Assembly (NCBI GenBank): GCA_019912845.1
Contig: JAIOHU010000287.1
Span: 8,925 to 72,924 of the forward strand
Reading direction: 5' to 3'
Length of the DNA: 64,000 nt
Origin: a bacterium
Lineage (GTDB): Bacteria; Electryoneota; Electryoneia; Electryoneales; Electryoneaceae
Every line of letters starts with the position of its first letter. The first letter of the stretch is position 1. Positions 57,990 through 64,000 of this stretch are shown here, piece by piece. The notes beneath the pieces were generated by a model. It ran no database searches. It was not told where the DNA came from and saw only the letters and a program-made list of their open reading frames with translations. Made by a program: the position numbers and the translations under genes.

Positions 57990-60134
57990 ATGACGGAGAG
58001 TAGAATGAATTCATTTGTATCCCAAATAAAAAATGTTGTCTTCCTGACAATGATTTGTCTGAGTGTTTTTTCACTGAACAATGCTTCAGCGATGGTTCTT
58101 GATGCTCCTGATGGCACACAGGTTGAGATTCTTCGTGATGAATATGGGGTGCCACATATAACAGGAAGCTCCGAAACAGGAGTAATTTTCGGTCAGGGTT
58201 TTGCCATTACTCAAGATCGTTTTTATCAGATGGAAGTCTTCCGTAGAACAGGCGAGGGTACACTTGCTGAAGTGCTTGGAGCATTCGTGCTTCCACAGGA
58301 TCAGGAGGTTCGTAGAATCAGCTATACCGAAACAGAACGTACTGCGATTTTTGAAGCTCTGCCGCTTGAAACACAAAACATGCTGACAGCTTACACAAGT
58401 GGAGTCAATGCCTGTATCGACTCAATGGAAACCAATCCTCAAGAGTATTTACCCCAGGAATTTCTGGCATTGCCTTATGGACGTTGGACAGTCGAAAAGT
58501 CCATTGCGGTCATTGTTTATATGGTACGTAATTTCGGTGTCTTTGGCGGTGAAGAACTTACTCGTCTAGCTGAGTTTCAGAATAATGGTGATGTCTGGTT
58601 TGACCAGAACCGACCTATAAATGATCCAGCAGCACCGACAACCATCGTTGGCGATGAAGAAGCCACCGATGGCGAGTGGACGTATTGCGGAATAGAGGTT
58701 GATCCACGCAATGGCAGTGAGCTTACCGAACGGATTGATCTGGTAAAGCAAATCAGGCGAGACCTGGGTATCCCGAATAAATTCGGCAGCTTCAGTGTGT
58801 TAATGCCACCTTCTACCCCTCCCAGTGGAAACAGTATGCTGCTAGGTTGCCCGCAAATGGGTGCTCCACAACAGAACACATTTAATACAGTCGCGGAGGT
58901 TGAACTGACCTGTGATGAGTTTCATGTCGCTGGTATGACTATACCCGGCGTACCAGGAATCATCATCGGCAGGAATGAAAACTGTGCGTGGACAATGACC
59001 AGTGGCATTAGCGACAATTCTGATATTTACATCGAAACCCTGCAGAACAATGATATGAGCCAGTACTTTTACAATGACGAATGGGTCGATTTCGAGACAA
59101 CAGAGCATGAGATTGATGTCGCCGGGCAGGGAACGGTTGATTTTACTGTGTATCGTTCAGTTCATGGTCCGGTGGTTCAGGAAGACTTGGAAAACAACCA
59201 GGCTTTCACCATTAAGACTGCATCATGGTTCGCAGAACTGGAATTTCTCAGCGTGTTCCAAAGAATCTGGCGAGCTGAAAACGCTGAACAATTTGCGGAA
59301 GCACTCGCCGACAACCCTGTTTCTTTCAATTTTTTCTACGCTGACGAGAATGAGGTTCACTACTGGCACACTGGGCAGTATCAAAATCGTGAAGATGGAA
59401 TCGACCCACGTCTGCCCCACAACGGTGATGGCAGCGAAGAATGGGTTGGTATTCTTCCCTTCGAAGAACTGCCACAGGCTTCTGGCGAAACACAGGAATA
59501 CTTTGTCAATTGGAATAACAAACCAGTGTCCTGGTGGAATAATGGCGACAATGTTCCCTGGATCGGCGGAAATCATGTAACCAACATCGACAATTATGTA
59601 TCTGCAAACCTTGAGACATTCGACTTTAACAATCTGATGGGTGTTCCCCAAGCAATCAATTCGCACGGTACCTGGCAGCAAGCGATAGAATTTGAAACGG
59701 ACAACGCTTCCAGTATCTGTCCTCCCGGGCAGAGTAATTTCGTCGACGTGAATGGTCAACGCAGTCCGCATTATAGCGACCAGTGGCAACTGCACACCAA
59801 CTGGGAGTTCAAGACGTGGCACTGGGGTTTTGAAACCAGTGTTGATGATCCTACACACGAACTGCCTCTGGCGTTCCTATTGCAGGATGTTTATCCCAAT
59901 CCATTTAATTCAGTGCTGAGCGTCAAACTTCAGCTACCAACGAGAGGCGATGTCCGTATATCCATGTTCAATCTGTTGGGTGAAGAGGTGTCGAGTTGGC
60001 ATTATGACGGTTTGGCAACTGGGAGCCATCGGATGGCGTTACCTCTCGAAGAGGCGACCAGCGGAATGTATTTCCTGCAGGCATCCAGCAATGGTATGCA
60101 GACTGGCACAAAACAGGTTGTCCTGGTGAAGTAG
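57990..60134 (+). CDS. Penicillin-amidase / acyl-homoserine-lactone-acylase family (Ntn-hydrolase, peptidase S45) protein with a T9SS C-terminal sorting domain
   Basis: The N-terminal hallmark ..EILRDEYGVPHITGSSETGVIFGQGFAITQDRFYQMEVFRR.. (RDxYGVPHI) is present, with a signal peptide from the second Met at 58005. The C-terminus is ..VYPNPFNSVLSVKLQL..ISMFNLLGEEV..SGMYFLQA..QVVLVK. The non-CTD part (~630 aa) is shorter than typical for S45, so the call is at family level only. Confidence 0.6.
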   Translation: MTESRMNSFVSQIKNVVFLTMICLSVFSLNNASAMVLDAPDGTQVEILRDEYGVPHITGSSETGVIFGQGFAITQDRFYQMEVFRRTGEGTLAEVLGAFVLPQDQEVRRISYTETERTAIFEALPLETQNMLTAYTSGVNACIDSMETNPQEYLPQEFLALPYGRWTVEKSIAVIVYMVRNFGVFGGEELTRLAEFQNNGDVWFDQNRPINDPAAPTTIVGDEEATDGEWTYCGIEVDPRNGSELTERIDLVKQIRRDLGIPNKFGSFSVLMPPSTPPSGNSMLLGCPQMGAPQQNTFNTVAEVELTCDEFHVAGMTIPGVPGIIIGRNENCAWTMTSGISDNSDIYIETLQNNDMSQYFYNDEWVDFETTEHEIDVAGQGTVDFTVYRSVHGPVVQEDLENNQAFTIKTASWFAELEFLSVFQRIWRAENAEQFAEALADNPVSFNFFYADENEVHYWHTGQYQNREDGIDPRLPHNGDGSEEWVGILPFEELPQASGETQEYFVNWNNKPVSWWNNGDNVPWIGGNHVTNIDNYVSANLETFDFNNLMGVPQAINSHGTWQQAIEFETDNASSICPPGQSNFVDVNGQRSPHYSDQWQLHTNWEFKTWHWGFETSVDDPTHELPLAFLLQDVYPNPFNSVLSVKLQLPTRGDVRISMFNLLGEEVSSWHYDGLATGSHRMALPLEEATSGMYFLQASSNGMQTGTKQVVLVK

Positions 60135-60410
60135 TCGCGACTGAATTCGGTAGCGTCTTTGTCATTGTGAATGCAGACTTTCTATTCTATTGGACTTGGG
60201 GTTGGCATTGGATTTATCCAATGTTTAATAGAGGACGACTGGAATTATTAGACTTTGGACAAGTCCAAAGCCAGTTATTAAAACATCTGAGTTGATTCAG
60301 TAGTGAAGCAATCACTTCCACAAAACACATAGATTGCTTTGTCGCTACGCTCTCGCGCAATGACGCAACGACAAGGGTATTGCTTAAGATGCCAGCAAAT
60401 GCCCTGCCGT

Positions 60411-61394
60411 TCATTTTCTCACTTTGTGGCGGTTCAAGTCGATCTCGGGATGGCTCGTATCGCCACGTATATGACGAATCGCGTGCGGGAGTACGCCAAT
60501 AATCCCCCGTAAATTTTCTGAGGCTGCTTTGCGACTACCTGGAAGATTAACGATCAGGGTTCGCTGACGTATTCCGCACACTCCACGTTGCAGGAGTGAG
60601 TTTGGTGTGACCTCAAGTGAGAGTCGTCTCATGTGCTCGGCCAACCCAGGAACCTCACGTTCGATGACTTTCTGTGTTGCTTCCGGAGTGATATCTCGTG
60701 GACCGCAGCCAGTTCCGCCAGTTGTTACGATAAGGTCATAATTACGGTCTGTAAGTTTTTTCAGTCGTTCACTGATTTGGTCGATGTTGTCAGGAACCAC
60801 ACCACTCCAGGCAACATGAGCACCAAGCAAATTCTCCAGGATGGCTGCAACTTCTGGTCCGGATGTATCGATCGTTTCATTTCTGGCACAACGGTCTGAT
60901 GCGGTGAGAACCCCTGCCTGTATCGTTTGACGCGGCACCTGATGTGTTATTTCGATGCGCATATCCGGTTTAATTTCACCACCTTGTTTTACCTCGGCAA
61001 AGACACCAGCACGTGGCATGATGCAGTCTCCCGCCTTATGGTATATAGCGCAACGATTATGACAAACTTTACCGATTTGTGTTAAGACCAGAACAGCTTT
61101 CCCGATTCGAAGACGAGTCCCGATACCCAGTTGATTCAGATCAATGCCCACAACAACAATATTCTCGCCGAAAGCACCTGGCTTCAAGTTGAGTCCGGCG
61201 TCTCGCATTTTCTGAATATCTTCTTCGTTTAACAAACTCACTTGACGGTGCCCCGAACCAGCGTGGGCATCGTGTTCAACACCATGTTTTTCAATAAGTG
61301 TTATGACTGGAACTGTGTGTTTTGGTGTTCCTTTTTTTGAAGAGATACAGGTATTAAGAACTCTGCCTTCAGCTGTCATCAGTTGCTCGTCCAT
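60411..61394 (-). CDS. MOSC-domain / MogA-MoaB (molybdopterin adenylyltransferase-like) fusion protein
   Basis: The N-terminal ~150 aa carry MOSC-like blocks (..PGAFGENIVVVGIDLNQLGIGTRLRIGKAVLVLTQIG..). The C-terminal half carries the MogA/MoaB blocks ..DLIVTTGGTGCGPRDITPEA.. and ..LPGSRKAASEN... Confidence 0.65.
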   Translation of the reverse strand: MDEQLMTAEGRVLNTCISSKKGTPKHTVPVITLIEKHGVEHDAHAGSGHRQVSLLNEEDIQKMRDAGLNLKPGAFGENIVVVGIDLNQLGIGTRLRIGKAVLVLTQIGKVCHNRCAIYHKAGDCIMPRAGVFAEVKQGGEIKPDMRIEITHQVPRQTIQAGVLTASDRCARNETIDTSGPEVAAILENLLGAHVAWSGVVPDNIDQISERLKKLTDRNYDLIVTTGGTGCGPRDITPEATQKVIEREVPGLAEHMRRLSLEVTPNSLLQRGVCGIRQRTLIVNLPGSRKAASENLRGIIGVLPHAIRHIRGDTSHPEIDLNRHKVRK

Positions 61395-61485
61395 TTCTTG
61401 TTTTATACTAATTCTTGGATTTATTGTCGCATATTAAAATTGCTGCGTTAAATATATTGTTTGGATACTCAGCCGATGTCCATTT

Positions 61486-61956
61486 CTACCGTCTATAATC
61501 ACCCGATTTTCCACCGGTTTTTTTCAGCAGTTCAATGTCTTCAATCCTCATGTCTATGGAGAGGGCTTTCAACATATCATACAAGGTGAGTGCTGCGACT
61601 GAAACCGCCGTAAGTGCCTCCATTTCAACGCCAGTTCGCCCTGTAAGCCTCACTTCAGAGTCGATCTGGAGACGATCCTCCATTATCTCGATATTCACCT
61701 GGATATAGCTTATCTGCAATGGATGACAGAGCGGAATTAATTCGGATGTTTTTTTTGCTGCTTGTATGCCAGCGATTCTCGCAACTTCAATGATATTACC
61801 TTTTGGTGTTTCGCCAGCTTTAATTTTTTTTATTATCTCATGTCCAGTAACCAGGAAGCCTTTTGCCATTGCGGTACGTGCGGTTTCCTGCTTCTCCGAA
61901 ACATCCACCATCCTTATTTTTCCATGCTCATCAAGGTGAGTAATGCTGTTTGCCAC
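61486..61956 (-). CDS. moaC: Cyclic pyranopterin monophosphate synthase accessory protein MoaC
   Basis: ..LTHLDEHGKIRMVDVSEKQETARTAMAKGFL.. and ..TGVEMEALTAVSVAALTLYDMLKA.. are conserved MoaC blocks. The length is 156 aa. Confidence 0.85.
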   Translation of the reverse strand: MANSITHLDEHGKIRMVDVSEKQETARTAMAKGFLVTGHEIIKKIKAGETPKGNIIEVARIAGIQAAKKTSELIPLCHPLQISYIQVNIEIMEDRLQIDSEVRLTGRTGVEMEALTAVSVAALTLYDMLKALSIDMRIEDIELLKKTGGKSGDYRR

Positions 61957-61957
61957 C

Positions 61958-63025
61958 TCAACCCCCTACAGCTTTCATATTTGAATTTGTCTGCATACTC
62001 TGCGGTATCGTTTTCATCGACATATAGTCAACAAATTCCTGGTGAACAACTTCACTCTCTTTACTCTCCAACGAGGTAAGTAGTGGATAGGTAAACTCAT
62101 CCATCAGACAACGACGTACATTCCCCATAGCTTCGAGACGAATCCTGATGCAGGTTGAGCAAAAGGGATGCGATAACGGGGTAATAAATCCTAAATTTAA
62201 GGGTTTACCATTCCAGTTTACTTTTATTTTTCTCGCTGGTGAAACGGGATTCAACTCCTCTTCGCATAATTCACCATTCGCCAACAACCATTCTTTGATA
62301 ATCCCAGCAGAAATAAATTCACGTTCGATCCACTCATCAGTTGTTCCGGTTCTCATCAGTTCAATAAGGCGCAGCTCGAAATCATTCTCCTGAGCATATT
62401 TAATAAGTAATGGCAATTCATCCAGCCAGGTGGATTTGAAAATAACGGTATTCAACTTCAGAGGGGTAAGACCATTTCGCACCGCAGCGTCAATACCCTC
62501 CAGTGTCGCCTGCAGGTTGCCACCATGTGTTAAATCACGGAATCGACCGGGATTCAAAGAGTCCAATGAAACATTCACGCGAGAGAGACCAGCGCTCTTC
62601 ACAACTGTTGCGTATCGCAACAGTAGAGAACCATTGGTGGTCATGGATAGTTCTGGTGAGGAGGGAAGTTTGGCAAGTTTACGGATAAATGTATCCAACC
62701 CACGTCTGACGAGTGGTTCACCACCTGTGAGTTTAATTTTTGTTATAGGGTAGAGTTCTGTCAGCCATTTAACAACCGTAAAAAGCTGGTCTAAAGAGGG
62801 GAGTTTATTCCGCCCTACTTTGTGATGTAACTCGTCTGGCAAACAATACTTACAGCGAAAGTTACACCTGTCGGTGACTGAAACACGCAGGGTTGTCGGT
62901 TGTTCAAACAGAGCGGGTGAATGAACTTCTCGAATGTGGTTATCCGGGCTCGTATAACGTATCACATTCATCTCCTTTCCAAACACGGGAGGCTGCGCAG
63001 TTTCCCACGTAACCCTCGGAGCCAT
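61958..63025 (-). CDS. moaA: GTP 3',8-cyclase MoaA (radical SAM)
   Basis: The radical-SAM motif is ..LRVSVTDRCNFRCKYCLP.. (CxxxCxxC). ..KLTGGEPLVRRGL.. and a C-terminal Cys cluster ..CSTCIRIR.. are present. It abuts moaC with a 1-nt gap. Confidence 0.85.
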   Translation of the reverse strand: MAPRVTWETAQPPVFGKEMNVIRYTSPDNHIREVHSPALFEQPTTLRVSVTDRCNFRCKYCLPDELHHKVGRNKLPSLDQLFTVVKWLTELYPITKIKLTGGEPLVRRGLDTFIRKLAKLPSSPELSMTTNGSLLLRYATVVKSAGLSRVNVSLDSLNPGRFRDLTHGGNLQATLEGIDAAVRNGLTPLKLNTVIFKSTWLDELPLLIKYAQENDFELRLIELMRTGTTDEWIEREFISAGIIKEWLLANGELCEEELNPVSPARKIKVNWNGKPLNLGFITPLSHPFCSTCIRIRLEAMGNVRRCLMDEFTYPLLTSLESKESEVVHQEFVDYMSMKTIPQSMQTNSNMKAVGG

Positions 63026-63360
63026 GGCTCACCGCCTCGTAAGCATAGGCTAGTCCCTTAGCTGTTAGAGGTCGGAGATGTAATTCTATTTGAAATCAAT
63101 TTTAGAGTTGTGAAGCCAGGTAATGCCAAGTCGATCAATCATTAGTAGCAGCGTTCGCGAAGAGATTTTATTGAGACAAATTGCAGAATACCTCTTTATA
63201 AAGCTACCTGTTTTTCACTCGACTTGTGGATCACCTTGGCGAATATAAGAGATATATAGTTTAGTTCAAAGTGCTCACTTTTAAGGTTGTCACAGACCAT
63301 CGAGGCTGGCATTAATTCGGGTGAGAACCGAACCGAGGTCAAACCTTAGTTAAGCATAAA

Positions 63361-63420
63361 CTTCATGGATTCCAGCTTAAACCACGCTGGAATGACGAGA
63401 TTGGCAACTTTTGGGAGCGA
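63361..63420 (+). repeat. Intergenic repeat element family A, copy 5 (hairpin TTCCAGC-N9-GCTGGAA)
   Basis: CTTCATGGATTCCAGCTTAAACCACGCTGGAATGACGAGATTGGCAACTTTTGGGAGCGA. It lies in the divergent region between moaA and the S41 protease gene. Confidence 0.45.
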
Positions 63421-63626
63421 ATGTGAAAATGAAACAGAAGCGGTTTCCACAAAGTATCAATAGATGATATGCTCGATACTTAAGTGCAACAATTATTGGA
63501 ACTAAAGAACTCCAATCATACATTGTAAGATTGTACTCGTTGTCCCCAAGAAGCCGTGGATACTATCAAAGCAGGAGAAAATTATTGTTCAATAGAAAAA
63601 ACCAACCGGACGACAAGAACTGGAAC

Positions 63627-64000
63627 ATGCGCGCGCATCCGGTAAACATTATTCTTTTCCTCCTCATGTTGATGGGTGCCTTCTGGTTGGGAGCGAAAAC
63701 TTCCAACGGATTCAGGGTACCGGGAAGCAGCAACTTCAGCATTCGTCCTTCTAAAGTTACTGAAGTTATGGGGTTGGTAAACGCTTCATACGTTGACGAG
63801 CCAAAGATCAGTGAGCTGATGGATGGTTCGATTGACGGTATGTTACGTAAGCTCGATCCTCATTCTGTTTATATCCCTCGACAGGATCAAACTCGTATCG
63901 CAGAACGTTTTGCTGGTGAATTTTCAGGTATTGGGATTCAATTTGATATTCGTGATGATTTGCTGACAGTTGTAAGTCCGATTCCCGGCACTCCTGCAGA
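63627..64000 (+). CDS. C-terminal-processing (tail-specific) peptidase, S41 family, N-terminal part (runs off the window end)
   Basis: ATG at 63627 is open to the window end. An N-terminal TM/signal segment (..NIILFLLMLMGAFWLGA..) is followed by the S41 block ..FAGEFSGIGIQFDIRDDLLTVVSPIPGTPA... Confidence 0.6.
   Translation, partial: MRAHPVNIILFLLMLMGAFWLGAKTSNGFRVPGSSNFSIRPSKVTEVMGLVNASYVDEPKISELMDGSIDGMLRKLDPHSVYIPRQDQTRIAERFAGEFSGIGIQFDIRDDLLTVVSPIPGTPA

Noticed and set aside
60135-60420. Cluster of short palindromes (TTGGATTTATCCAA at ~60211; CTTTGGAC-AA-GTCCAAAG at ~60249) after the S45 acylase gene
   Set aside because: The stems are short and AT-rich, with loops too small for stable RNA hairpins. 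There is no T-run and the palindromes do not recur elsewhere. This is noted but is not convincing as a terminator or regulatory site.
44871-63420. Possibility that the dispersed hairpin repeats form a CRISPR array or integron attC sites
   Set aside because: Copies are kilobases apart with protein-coding genes between them and have no regular short spacers. No cas or intI genes are present. The element lacks the RYYYAAC/GTTRRRY attC core pair. A REP/MITE-like or structured-RNA repeat fits better.
1-64000. Searched by eye for tRNA, rRNA, tmRNA, SRP and RNase P RNA signatures, and for transposase, integrase or phage genes
   Set aside because: No GGTTCGAATCC-type T-loop with CCA context and no rRNA-like stretches were seen. 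No ORF shows DDE, tyrosine-recombinase or phage structural motifs. The window appears to be chromosomal, not a mobile element.

Overview
This 64-kb window looks like it comes from an uncultured Gram-negative bacterium of the FCB superphylum (Bacteroidota, Fibrobacterota, Marinimicrobia and related lineages). Six proteins end in a recognisable T9SS (type IX secretion system) C-terminal sorting domain. There is also a TonB-dependent receptor with an N-terminal carboxypeptidase-regulatory-like domain, a FadL/PorV-like outer-membrane barrel, and many Cys-lipoproteins. I found no rRNA, tRNA, CRISPR array, transposase or integrase. The gene content falls into five blocks. First, a possibly incomplete MCE-associated lipoprotein pair, a porin, and a surface-glycan-like region (3.1-9.7 kb) with three polytopic GT-C-like membrane proteins, two carrying C-terminal TPR tails, interleaved with a formylglycine-generating-enzyme-like lipoprotein. 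Second, an 18-kb minus-strand operon (26419 back to 8000) of TonB-dependent receptor, beta-helix lipoprotein, 910-aa T9SS cargo, PorV/FadL-like barrel, 1417-aa beta-helix T9SS cargo, TPR lipoprotein, repeat lipoprotein and GT-C. Third, housekeeping and transport genes: icd, a DAACS symporter, a POT peptide transporter, a Mut7-C RNase-domain protein and engB. Fourth, a secretome island of T9SS cargo: an S8 subtilase, a 1129-aa LVIVD beta-propeller protein, a 2134-aa giant modular protein and an S45 acylase, together with a urea-transporter-like/M23 peptidase fusion, an LpxL-like acyltransferase and a saccharopine-dehydrogenase-like gene. Fifth, a secreted tandem heavy-metal-binding protein, folD, a GT2, an outer-membrane barrel, a MOSC-MogA fusion, moaC, moaA and a partial S41 protease. 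The most unusual signals are (i) a ~70-bp intergenic repeat family in five copies whose hairpin shows compensatory base changes, with two copies bracketing one lipoprotein gene; (ii) a second palindromic UUCG-tetraloop terminator family in three copies; (iii) a previously unreported (as far as I know) urea-transporter-like channel fused to an M23 peptidase; (iv) a TonB-dependent receptor with a ~250-aa Asp/Asn/Gly tandem-repeat insertion that looks calcium-binding; and (v) a ~420-aa module shared in front of the T9SS tail by two otherwise unrelated giant cargo proteins, one of which also carries a near-identical internal duplication. All functional calls come from motif recognition by eye. No database search or computation was run.
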